Shown piece after piece: positions 1 to 11,240 of a stretch of DNA of 64,000 nt (positions within the stretch are counted from its first letter, which is position 1; every line of letters starts with the position of its first letter). The notes beneath the pieces were generated by a model. That model ran no database searches. It was not told the DNA's origin and worked only from the letters and a program-made list of their open reading frames with translations. Made by a program: the position numbers and the translations under genes. The DNA comes from Octopus sinensis (lineage: Eukaryota), in assembly GCF_006345805.1 (NCBI RefSeq), contig NC_043001.1:62248001-62312000 (forward strand), written 5' to 3'.

Positions 1-2688
1 GTTCGTCCAAGGAGACGAGCTGCGGGAAAGCGCGCCGCACAAAAGGCGACCACACCTGTTCACCGTTGTCTATGATGCGCCGGAGATGTCGCAGTCTCAG
101 CACATGTCTGCGCATCATCAACCACGGCATGCCCAGCCCTCCATTTAGCGGGTGTTGACAGCAAATGGATCGCCTAACCATCGGAACGTTTCCCTTCCAC
201 AAGAAGCGGAAGAGTATACGTTCCAGTTTGGTGATGGTAGGGTCGGGACAAGGCACGACGGTCAAACGATACTCGATGACGGATGCGATGTACGCGTTCG
301 CCACCTCCGCCCGACCTTTTAGGGATAGCTTTCTCTTAGCCCATTTCTGGGTGAGAGTAGCCACCCTAGTCGTTATCTCGCCCCAGTTCTTCTCCATTTG
401 GAGGTCCGGACCGAACCAGACCCCGAGCAATTTAACCGGTCCGTCCGTCCAGCGTCCCACGATGGAGACGCTGTTGGACGGCATGGGCCTGCTTCTCCAG
501 GTGCCGAGCCGCAAGCCCACTGACTTTTCCCGGTAAATTTTGTTCCCGTTACCGCTTCGTATTCTTTTAGTGTCTCGCCGACCAGCTCGATGTGCTCGTA
601 GCTCGACACTATGACGGTGACGTCATCCGCGTATGCAGACACGCTCCTCCCGCATCCCAGCTCTCGTGGGATGCCCCTCAGCGTCGCCAGTTTCCGCAGT
701 AGTGGCTCAAGAGTCAGTACATACAGCAGCGATGAGAGGGGGCATCCCTGACGAACCGAACGCATGATGTTAAAAGGTCTGGATAGATGACCATTTACGC
801 GAACTACTGAGCGGATGCCGCTGTATAAGGCAGCGATCCAACCGCGGAAAACTGGACCGAAACCAGCCGCTTTAAGGACAGCCTCCAAGTAGTGATGGTC
901 TACCCTATCGTAGGCTTTTGATTGATCCAAATTGATCAGCGCCCCACCCATGCCAGGATTCTTAACTACCCTGTCTATGATGTAGCGCATCAGATGGAGG
1001 TTGTCATGAATACTTCTACCCGGCACGGCGCATGTTTGCGCCTTGTGGATTAGTTTCTTGATGACAAGCGCCAACCTCTCGGCTAACACCTTGGCCAAAA
1101 TTTTCAAATCTGCGTTGAGCAGAGTGATGGGCCTGAAATTATCTATGACGTCCCCCTTGGTGGGTCTTTCTTAATCAGTGCCACTGCTCCTCGCTTTACA
1201 AAAGCAGGAATACTTCCGTTTTGCTGCCAGTTGCAGTAGACAGCTGCCAAGACGCCTCCAAACAAGTCTGGAATATGAAAATAAAGTTCGTAGGGCAGAC
1301 CATCATCCAAGCCTGGTGACTTGTCTCTCGCGCAGCCTACCATCGCATCCTGTACGTCCGCAGCTGTGATAGGTCTTTCACAAGACTCCACCTCTCTTGC
1401 TGAGAGTCGTGGCAAGGCATGCAGGTAGGCACTGAAGTCCACTCTGCGTTCTGACCCACCACTTGTCCCAAACAGTTGGGTGAAGTGTTGTTGAAAAGCC
1501 CCACACATCCTTTTAGGCTCGAGCAATTCGCGCCCCTGTTCATCTATAAGAGACTTGATGGTGGCTCTGTTGCCTCGTTGCGTCTCCACCACTCGGGCCT
1601 CATGGGCGGCTCCAACTCCTTCGTTCCTCAGAGCACGCATCCTAGCTCTGACAACGCATCCCTCGTGTTTGGCGTTGAGGTGTTGGTCGAGGGCCAATCT
1701 CGCCGCCAGCACGTTGGACGCGATGCCAGTTCTAAGTGCCTCTTCTAAAACCTTAACTAATTCTCCCTCTATTCTATTTCGGTCTAATGCTAGGGCTCTA
1801 CTGTATCTGACTGATTCTGCTTTAATTGCTTTTTTTTAGGGCATACCACCATCTGTTGTTGATGATGGTACCCGTCAAAGCTCTCTTAACTAATGTGCTG
1901 ATCCGGTCCCTGTAAACCTGTCGTGATTTAAAAGACGCGTTCAGTTTCCAGTAACCAGGACCCTGCCTATGTGTCTTATCTAAGTCAAGTGTACAAGTCA
2001 CAAACTTGTGATCTGTGTAACTGACTATATGAAATTGTGGACAACCTACACTATTTTTATCTATTGTCCTACAGAATACTCTATCTAAGTATGATCTGGA
2101 CGACCCGATGCGGTTACTCCATGTCCACATTGGCACATTCGGGTGGTCCAGTCGGTACCTGTCAGAAAGTTGGAAACGTCTGAGCAGGTCTTTGAGGCAT
2201 TTGCATCCCCTTCTATTGCTATCTCTGCCCACGTAGTCTAGATGCGGGTCCAGGGTGGCATTCCAATCCCCCACTAAAAGTAAAGGACGAGACGTTCCCA
2301 TGAAAGACTCTAGACGTCGAAAGAAATCTGGTCGGCCTGTTAAGGACGGAGCATAAACTGCTATCAGTCGAAAAGCACACTCATTGCTGCCATCGACATC
2401 CAAAACGACCAGCCTACCCTCCGGGTCTAGGAAAATTGCTCTTACTTTGAGATCCAGACTCTTCCGGACAAGCACCGCGGTAACACCTCCGCCCGTTCTC
2501 GGTAGACACGGAGAAAAGTAAATGTTGAAACGTGTACCGAAACTGTGCTGGAGTGCCCGCAAGCTGTGGAGTCTGGTCTCACTGATGGCTATGATATTCA
2601 GATTTAGTGACTTGATGTCATTTAACAGGTAGCTTTGTTTCCAAGGCGACCCCAAGCCACGTACATTTATACTGCCTATTCTGAGCAT
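1..2688 (-). pseudogene. ORF2 (APE + reverse transcriptase) of Tx1 copy A, frameshifted
   Basis: ORF-track fragments 1822-2730, 1143-1712 and 373-1107 are collinear with ORF2 of copy B. Likely start is the ATG at 2688 (MLRIGSINVRGL). Continues past position 1. Confidence 0.9.
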
Positions 2689-2752
2689 GTTCCGATAAAA
2701 TTGTGTTTTACACACGAAAAGAAAGTGCAAAAAAGGAAAGAAATAGAAATGG

Positions 2753-4950
2753 TTACTTGTTGTTCGAAAGTCCTTTGTTTTTCACCTCACGGTCTTCTTC
2801 TATGAGGCTTTTGTATAGTTCTTTTGATGAATACTTTTGAAATCTCCCTACTGCATCAGGGTAAAGAGATTTCAGGGTGCTGTATGTGTTCTGTGTTACG
2901 TGTATTATTTTAATGTGTTGTGGTGGTGTTGTGCGTGGGTGGTTATGTTGGTGTTTGACCTAATGTGTTCCATTAGGTCGTGGTTGTTTGTGTTTATGGC
3001 TGTCAACATTGTTGGGGGGTTTGATGATGGTGTGTTTGTGTTGATGTGTTTGTTTTCTGTGGATGTTTTTGTTTCGGGAGTGGTGTATCTTCCTGCTTTG
3101 TTTGTTATCTTTTCTTTTCTTTTTTTCCCCTTTTTCTTCTCCCCCCTGTGGCAATTTGCCAATCTTCTGTGTCTTCTTCGTCTAATGACAAATCAGAAGA
3201 ATCAGAGCTTGGAAGAGGGAAAATATTGGGGTCTATTGTAGACTGTGTTGATTTTGTTGTTGGTGTTGGTTGTTGAGCGTTTGGTTGTGGTGTATGCGGT
3301 TTTGGAGGTGGGGTGTGGGTATTTTGTGTTTGAGTGATTGTAGGTATTGTTGTGCTGTTTGGGGTCTCAATTTTGTGGGGATTTGGAGTAGTCATTGTTT
3401 CTTCATTTTCGCTGAGTGTCTTTTTGGCAGATGTCCTTGGTTTGGGAGTTGGTTTATTCTTGGTTGTTGTTGTTGTTGGTGATGTTGCTTCTGTTCCTGG
3501 TGCAGTTGGTGTGGTTGTTTGGTTGGTGAGGTTTGTTTTTTGTTGGTTTCTGTGATTAGTCCTGTTCGTGCAAAACGTGGTGTGGGTAGTAAACCTGGTT
3601 TATTTGTTTTTTCCGGCTGTTGTTGTTGTTGCTGTTGTTTTCTTGCGGCAGATTTGCAGTCTTTTTTTAGGTGTTGCTCACTACCGCATATGTAGCAACG
3701 TGGTCTTCTGCCATCGACGACCACATACAACTTGTGGTCTTCTGATACATATATCTGGGTGGGTATTTTTTTTATGTCTTCTTGATTTACGTGTAGTAGA
3801 AATTCTACTTTTTTTCCCCACCCAGTTTTTGTGTTCCGTGACCGTGGTTTCTAAAATATTGAAATTTTTCATTTTTACACATAAGGCCTTTACTAGCCAT
3901 AGATTATTAGCTATTTTTGGGACATTGTTTAAAGTGATCTTAGTCACTTTCTGTCCCCGATAGCTTGGTGTTAATGTAAGTTCATCTGAATGAAGAGTTA
4001 GCGTTGAGAAACGTCTTGCTAACTCTTTAGCGTGGAAAACCACTTGTATGTGTGCGAACTTGTTCCACCAGGTCACATAGTCTTTGTAGTTCCAGATGGG
4101 TTTCAAGCATTTTTCTATTTTGCTTGTGTTAGCCTTCTCTGGGCTTTTTGTTTTCTTATTAATTATTTTATAAATAATTGTTCTTTTTTTTCATCTTCTA
4201 ATATTTCTTCTGGTATGTTTATTTTTACTATACCATCTAATTCTGTTATTGTAATGTTCGTGTCTTGTATTTGTTGAGCAGTAAAATATACTGTTGTTTT
4301 TTTTCTTTAATCGCCTCAGCGAAATTTGTTGTTGTTTTGTTATTGTTGTTGCTGGTGGTGATGTTGTTGTTGGCTGCAGTTTGTAAAATTGGTGTGTTTG
4401 GTTCGATTGTGCAAGTAGGAAGGGGTGGAAAATTATTTTCATAATTTATCCGTGTATTCGAGCAGCTTTTGTCAATTTGTTTGGTGGTTACAGTCTTTTG
4501 TTTATTCACTTCAGTTCTTGTTGTTGGAGTAAAACAGGTCTGAACGGAATTGTTGTGGTTGTTATTGTTGTTTTTGTTGTTGGTGGTGGTGTCAGTGGAA
4601 GAAGAGACAGCCGAGGCAGCAGATGTCGAAATGGTGGCGCAAATTTTATTTTTGTTGTCATTGTTATTGTTGTTGTTGTTGGTAGTTGAGGTAGTGGATG
4701 AGGTGGCGGCGGTTGTGGTGGTGGTGGTGGTGGTGAAGGCGGTGGTGGTAACAGTAGTAGTCTCTATGTTGTTCTTGCTAGTGGCGGTGTTGGTGACAGG
4801 GCCACAAGTAGTTGTAGCGTTCATTGCAAAGTCATTGATGATTTTACTTTGCGCGCAAAAATTCTTTTTTTCTCCTAGCGTTTCCAGTCTAGGAGAAAGC
4901 TGGTCGATAAAGGAACGCGACCATCGTTCTACAATATAATTTCTTGACAT
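2753..4950 (-). pseudogene. ORF1 (Gag-like nucleic acid-binding protein) of Tx1 copy A, frameshifted
   Basis: Starts MSRNYIVERWSRSF like copy B. Fragments 4246-5034, 3681-4106, 3392-3730 and 2905-3395. The C-terminus read manually (IKIIHVTQNTYSTLKSLYPDAVGRFQKY...) matches the copy B C-terminus. Confidence 0.85.
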
Positions 4951-5147
4951 TTTGAAAATGTCGAGAAAGAAATTACAAAAATTAAATAGGGTTGAAACTG
5001 CCCCTAGGGGCGAATTCCTCCCTTGGAAAAGCACTCAAACGAAATTTGGGTGCCTTACACAACTTATTTACAAAAATGTACACAAAAATTGGGCTATAAG
5101 TAGTCAAAATAAACGATTACCTTCGGAGTCGAAGTGACAGCACGTCC

Positions 5148-5155
5148 ATAGACAG

Positions 5156-5244
<89 letters not shown>
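5148..5244. repeat. (GATA)n microsatellite separating Tx1 copies A and B
   Basis: Direct reading of about 22 perfect GATA units plus a degenerate left edge. Confidence 0.98.
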
Positions 5245-5245
<1 letters not shown>

Positions 5246-5541
5246 CTTTTTATTGTAGCCACACAGGGCTAAACACAGAATAAAATGGACGAAATACAAT
5301 GTAGAATTTTTTCTTTTCGAGGTGGGATGGGTGGGGCACAAAAAAAGAAAAAAAAACACGTTTGATCAATAGGGATCTGTGGTTGTGTGGTGTATAAAGA
5401 AGCAATATATATATATATATAAGGTTCACAGTTTAGGTGTAGCCTTGGAAAGAAAAACCTACAAAAAAGACCAAGGTCACCTCAGACAATTCGAAAAAGA
5501 ACACATGAGTAAGTCGCCTTACTTCTCGTTGTCTCTTTTGG

Positions 5542-8500
5542 TTACAGATTTATGCTTAAAATAGTGTCGTCTTTCATACTGACCATTTTTGCCACTTTTA
5601 CCCACTTTTTATTAAAACATTCGTTCGACAAAGCCTTCCTCTCTATTCTCATCCTCCTTTTCAAGTGGTACTTGAAAAAGTTGACGAGAGACTGACCAGA
5701 GAGGAAGGTGTTTGTTTGCAGTCCTTTCAAACGCGTCCACCACACACATTCTTTCGCCATAGCCATCAGCGTAACGAAAACCGTTTTCCCTTCCCGTTTA
5801 AAGGAAGGTGGTGGAACGATATCCACGATAGACTCGGCCGATAGGCGAGCCCGACCTACACGTGACAACAGCTGTTCGACGAAGGACCACAGCTCTGAAA
5901 TATCTGGACACTGCACGAGTGCGTGCAGAACGGTTTCGTCGCTCTGACTGCATCTCGGGCAGGTCGGTCCGGTGATGGTTTTCGAACCGTGTCTGTAGCT
6001 CTTCTCTCGAACAGGTAGTGCTTCTCGATAGCACTGCCAAGCCAGGGATTTCTGGAAGTTATCCATAGGCCCCGGCCCGAACGTCGTCCTGAACAGGCGG
6101 GTTAGGAATTATTCGTCGACGCCCAGGTTTGCCCCGAGTGTGTCGTCGGACCTCCCCTCCACTAGTCCTCTATAGAACGCTTTAGTCGTTTGTAAGTTGC
6201 ACAAGTTTGACACCGGTCGGCAGAGCTGCTGTAGAGCTTGGCGACACTCTCGGTGCCAATCGCCCAGTTTCGGTCTCTTTTTGATCCACGTTTGCAGTTC
6301 GGTCAGTGAGACGAGCTGCGTGAAGTCGCGCCTCACAAACGGCGCCCAAACCTGTTCACCGTCGTCGATGAATTTCCAGAGATGTCGCAGTCTCAGCGCA
6401 TGCCTGCGCATCATCAACCACGGCATGCCCAGTCCTCCATTCAACGGATGTTGACTGCAAATGGACTTCCTCACCATCGGAACGCCACCCTTCCACAAGA
6501 AGCGGAAGAGTATGCGTTCCAGTTTGGTGATGGTGGCGTCGGGACAAGGTACGACGATCAGGCGGTAATCGATGACGGATGCGATGTACGCGTTCGCCAC
6601 CTCCGCCCGGCCTTTTAGAGACAGCTTTCTCTCGGCCCATGTTTGGCTGAGAGCGACCACTCTACTCGTGATCTCGTCCCAGTTCTTATCCATTTGGAGG
6701 TCCGGACTGAACCAGACCCCGAGCAATTTAACCGGTCCGTCCGTCCAGCGTCCCACTACTGAGTCGCAGTCGGACGGCATGGGCTTGCTTCTCCAGGTGC
6801 CGAGTAGCAAACCCACTGACTTTTCCGGGTTAATCTTTGCTCCCGTCACCGTTTCGTATTTTCTTAGTGTCTCGCCTATCATCTTGATGTGTTTGTCGCT
6901 CGACACTATGACGGTGACATCGTCCGCATATGCCGACACGCTCGTCCCGCAACCCAGTTCCCGTGGGATGCCCCTCAGTGTCGCCAGGTTCCGCAGTAGC
7001 GGCTCGAGAGTCAATACATACAGAAGCGCCGACAGGGGACACCCCTGACGGACCGAACGCGTGATGTCAAACGGTTTCGACAGGTGACCGTTCACCCGAA
7101 TCACCGATCGGATGCCGCTATACAAGGCAGCGATCCAACCGCGGAAGACGGGACCGAAGCCAGCCGCCCTAAGGACGGCCGCCAAGTACCGATGGTCGAC
7201 CCTATCGAAGGCTTTAGACTGATCCAAATTGATCAGCGCCCCACCCATGCCAGGATCCTGAACTACCCTGTCCACAATATAGCGCATCAGATGGAGGTTG
7301 TCATGTATGGTTCTGCCCGGCACGGCGCACGTTTGCGCCCTGTCGACCAGTTTACCAATGACAGGCGCCAACCTCTCGGCTATTACTTTGGCCAAAATTT
7401 TCAAATCTGCGTTGAGCAGAGTGATGGGCCTGAAATTATCTATAAAATTCCCCTTGTTTGGGTATTTCTTCAGCAACGTCACTGCACCTCGGCTCACGAA
7501 ACCGGGGATTCTCCCGTTTTGTTGCCAGTTGCAGTAGACTGATGCCAAGAGGTCGCCAAACAAGTCTGGCATTCGACAATACAGCTCGTAGGGTAAACCA
7601 TCCAATCCAGGCGACTTATCCCTCGCGCAGCCCGCCATCGCATCCCACACGTCAGCGGCTGTGATGGGACTTTCACAACACTCCGCTTCTCTTGCCGAGA
7701 GCCGCGGCAGGTCGGTCAGGTAGGCACTGAAATCCATCCCGCCTTCCGACCCACCACTCGCACCAAACAGTCGAGCAAAGTGCTGTTGAAAGGCCTCACA
7801 CATCCTTTCGGGTTCGAGTAAACTGCATCCCTGTTGATCTATTAGAGACCGAATGGTGGCTCTGTTGCCACGCTGCGCCTCCGCTACCCGGGCCTCTCGC
7901 GCAGCTTCAATCCCTTCGTTCCTTAAGGCACGCATTTTAGCTCTGACGACGCAACCTTCGTGCTTGGCGTTGAGGTGTTGGTCGAGGGCCATCCTCGCAG
8001 CCAGCACCTTGGTTGCGCTGCCAGTGGTAAGTGCCTCTTCTAGTTTCTTAACTAAGTCTCCCTCTACTCTATTTCGTTCTATCGCTAATTCCTTGCTAAA
8101 CCTAATTGATTCCGATTTTATTGCCATTTTCAGGGCGTACCACCAGCGGTTGTTAACGACCGCTCCCGTCAGCGCCCTCTTAATTAACTCGCTAATCCAG
8201 TCCCTGTAAACCTGTCGCGCTAACAGCGACGTGTTCAGTTTCCAGTAACCGGGACCCTGCCTATGTGTTTTATCTAAGTCGAGCGTACACGTAACAAATT
8301 TGTGATCTGTGTAGCTGACTATTTTAAATTGTGGACATCCTACACTATCCCTATCCGCTGTCCTGCATAGAATTCTATCTAGATAAGATCTCGACGATCC
8401 GACGCGGTTTGTCCAAGTCCACGTTGGCACGTTCGGATGGTCGAGTCGGAACCTGTCAGACAAATGGAAACGTCTGAGCAGGTCTTTGAGGCTATTACAC

Positions 8501-8991
8501 CCCCTTCTATTCCTATCCCTTCCCACATAATCTAGATGCGTGTCCAAGGTAGCGTTCCAATCCCCTACTAACAGTAAAGGTCTAGACGTACCCAGGAAAA
8601 CCTCTAGACGTCTGAAGAAATCCGCCCGACCCGTTAAGGACGGTGCATAAACTGCCATCAGACGGAATGCACACCCATTTCTGCCATCCACGTCCAAGAC
8701 AACCCGCCTACTCTCCGGGTCTAGGAATATTGCTCTTACTTTTACCTTTAGACTCTTTCGAAAAAGCACCGCAGTACCTCCACCACCCATGTTAGGCAGA
8801 CAGGGAGAAAAATAAATGTCAAATTGCTTGCCAAACATGGACTCGAGGGCCCGCGGCTTACTGAGTCTGGTTTCACTGATAGCTACTATATCTACGTCCA
8901 GTGATTTGATGTCGTTTAGAAGGTAACCTTGCTTCCAAGCCGATGCCAAGCCACGCACATTCACACAACCTAATTTAAGCATACTTGACAT
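5542..8991 (-). CDS. ORF2 of Tx1 copy B: APE endonuclease, RT and C-terminal CCHC finger; one in-frame TAA at 6109-6111
   Basis: ORFs 6109-8991 and 5542-6066 are in the same frame, joined by 14 sense codons after a single stop. Motifs: YADD, QGCPLS, CPRCSQSDETVLHALVQC. Confidence 0.93.
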
Positions 8992-9048
8992 TTACGAAAA
9001 TTGTGTTTTACACACTACATTAGAAGAGACAAGAAGCAAGAAGGGAGG

Positions 9049-10941
9049 TCACTTACTCATTTTAAAAGTTTCATTTTTTTCCTCTTCTTTTGTATTGTTT
9101 TTGATGAGGTGTTTGTATAGTTTTTTCGACAGGTATCGTTGATACCCGCCTACCGCATTCGGAAATATTGTTTTCAGTATGTGGTGTTGTGCTTGTGTTA
9201 TGTGTAAAATTCTGATGTGTTTCGGTGGTGTGGTGTGCGGATAATTGTTTGTCTTAAAGTCATCTTCACAGATGACCATGTTGGATGTGATGTAGTCCAT
9301 TAATTCTTTATTGCCTGTGTCTATTGCAGTTAGTTGTGTGTGTGGTTTTACGGGTTCATTACTTTTTTGATTGTCTAGGGGGATGTTGTCCTGTGTTAGA
9401 TATCTCCCTGCTTTACTTCCTTGTTTGGTGGATTTTTTGGATCTTTTTCTTTTACCCCCTGTGGCTATTTGCCATTCCGTCGAACTTTCGTCGTCCGACG
9501 TATCAGTATGGGGTAGAGGCAAATCATTTGCATTACTATGTATGCTTGTATAGATTGTTGATGTTTTGTGCGGTGTTTGTGTTGTTGTGGTGTTAGGGGT
9601 AGCATTTGTCTTCTCGTCACTGTTTTCTGTCTTTTTAATTGTCATCCTAGGTGTGGGTGTTGGTCTATTTTTTGTTGATTCAACATGTTTAATTGGTTGT
9701 GAAGTCAACGGTGATTGTGTTGGTACTGTTTCTTTTCTTGGTGATGTTGTTGGGACTTGTTTGCTGGTTAGTTGTTTTTCTTGGCATTGTTCCATAATTG
9801 AGTGTGTTGGTGTTGGTGTTGGCAACAAAGGGATTTTATTTGTTTTCTGATTTGTTCTTTCTTGTTTTTCCTGTACCAGATCGCACTTGGCAATTAAATG
9901 TTCGGGGCTGCCACATTTGTAGCATCTAGGCTTTTTGCCTTCTGCCACAACATATAAGCATTGCCCATTTTCCAAGTGGATCTTATCCGGTAGGCTCTCG
10001 ATAGAGGCTCCCTCAATCTGTATGGTCACCACTATTGTCTTCCCACCCCAAATGTCGCCAGGGTACACGGCGGTTTCTAAAATATTGATATTTTTTAAAT
10101 GGTAACAGATTACCCCTGTTATCCATTTGTTAGGAAGCTCCGGAGGTACATTTTTAATAGTGATTCGACTCACTCTCTGGTTTTTATAGTATGGGACCAT
10201 GATGATTTCCTCATTTCCCAGAGACTCAGTAGAGTGAGCTTTTGCCACTTCCTGGTTAGGGAAGCGGACCACTACTGTGTTAAACTGGGGACTCCAGTTT
10301 ATATATTCTTTTTCTTTCATTATGTTTTTTAAGCATTTTTCCACATCAGTTTTTGTAATCTGTTCATTTAGTTTTTTGTTTTTTCTAATAATTTTATATA
10401 TAATTGTCTTATTTTTTATTTCTTGCTTTATGTGTTGAGGTGTATGCAGCACTAAATCTTGTCCACGTGTTGTAAAGAGAGCTCTTGTTTCTATGAGCTC
10501 TTCATTTGTAAATGTTACGATCTCCTTCTTCTGGCGAAGAGTGTCAGCGAAATTTACTGTTGTTGATTTTTTTGTATTAACATCTTCACTATTAGATAGT
10601 TCATTTTTATTGTTGTTCTTGTTGTTGCTGTTGTTTTTGTCAATAGTTTTCGTGTGAGTTTTATTTTTATCATTTATGTTGGTCGTGGTAGTGGTGGTGG
10701 TGGTGGTGGTGGTGGTGGTGGTAGCAGTATTAGTCTCGTTGTTGCTGTTGTTAGTGGTCGTGGTGGTGGTGGCGGTGGTGACAGGGCTGTTACCGCACGT
10801 GGTTGCAGCCTTCATTTCACCGATATTCATGTTTGCACTTGGCGTGCGTACGTTCTTTTTTTCTCCTAGTGCTTCCAAACTAGGAAAATGTTGGTCAATA
10901 AAAGAACGCGACCAGCGTTCTACAATAAAATTTCTCGACAT
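9049..10941 (-). CDS. ORF1 of Tx1 copy B, 630 aa, intact
   Basis: Thr/Asn low-complexity N-terminus, RRM-like middle region, knuckle CYKCGSPEHLIAKC. Lies directly upstream of ORF2. Confidence 0.9.
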   Translation of the reverse strand: MSRNFIVERWSRSFIDQHFPSLEALGEKKNVRTPSANMNIGEMKAATTCGNSPVTTATTTTTTNNSNNETNTATTTTTTTTTTTTTTNINDKNKTHTKTIDKNNSNNKNNNKNELSNSEDVNTKKSTTVNFADTLRQKKEIVTFTNEELIETRALFTTRGQDLVLHTPQHIKQEIKNKTIIYKIIRKNKKLNEQITKTDVEKCLKNIMKEKEYINWSPQFNTVVVRFPNQEVAKAHSTESLGNEEIIMVPYYKNQRVSRITIKNVPPELPNKWITGVICYHLKNINILETAVYPGDIWGGKTIVVTIQIEGASIESLPDKIHLENGQCLYVVAEGKKPRCYKCGSPEHLIAKCDLVQEKQERTNQKTNKIPLLPTPTPTHSIMEQCQEKQLTSKQVPTTSPRKETVPTQSPLTSQPIKHVESTKNRPTPTPRMTIKKTENSDEKTNATPNTTTTQTPHKTSTIYTSIHSNANDLPLPHTDTSDDESSTEWQIATGGKRKRSKKSTKQGSKAGRYLTQDNIPLDNQKSNEPVKPHTQLTAIDTGNKELMDYITSNMVICEDDFKTNNYPHTTPPKHIRILHITQAQHHILKTIFPNAVGGYQRYLSKKLYKHLIKNNTKEEEKNETFKMSK

Positions 10942-11140
10942 TTTCTAATGTCGAGAAGAAAATTACAGAAATGAAATGGGGTTGAAACTGCTCCTAGGGG
11001 CGAATTCCTCCCTTGGAAAAGCACTCAAACGAAGGTTGGGTACCTTACACACCTTATTTGCAAAAATGTACACAAAATATGGGCTATAAATAGTCAAAAT
11101 AAACGATTACCTTCGGAGCCGATGTGACAACACGTCTGTC

Positions 11141-11220
<80 letters not shown>

Positions 11221-11240
11221 TAGATGTAGATATAGATATA
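11141..11240. repeat. (GATA)n microsatellite flanking the 5' end of Tx1 copy B
   Basis: Direct reading. Confidence 0.97.

Larger units (their letters stand above)
1..5147 (-). mobile_element. Tx1/L1-clade non-LTR retrotransposon, copy A (degenerate; 3' end lies left of the window)
   Basis: 5'UTR about 4951-5147; ORF1 with CCHC knuckle CYICGSEQHLKKDC; ORF2 with APE endonuclease (INVRGL, SETR, VYAP, GDWNA, SYLDR, DHK), GPGYWKLN linker and RT (QGCPLS, YADD). Several frameshifts. The 5' end abuts (GATA)n. Confidence 0.93.
5245..11140 (-). mobile_element. Tx1/L1-clade non-LTR retrotransposon, copy B (full length, about 5.9 kb)
   Basis: 5'UTR 10942-11140, ORF1 9049-10941, ORF2 5542-8991 and 3'UTR ending ...TAGCCCTGTGTGGCTACAATAAAAAGT. 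(TATC)n flanks both ends. Confidence 0.95.

Noticed and set aside
165-10948. Many plus-strand ORFs over the Tx1 elements, and plus-strand ORFs (43741, 44661, 45445 etc.) over the array
   Set aside because: Antisense shadows of real ORFs or of triplet repeats; no independent motifs.
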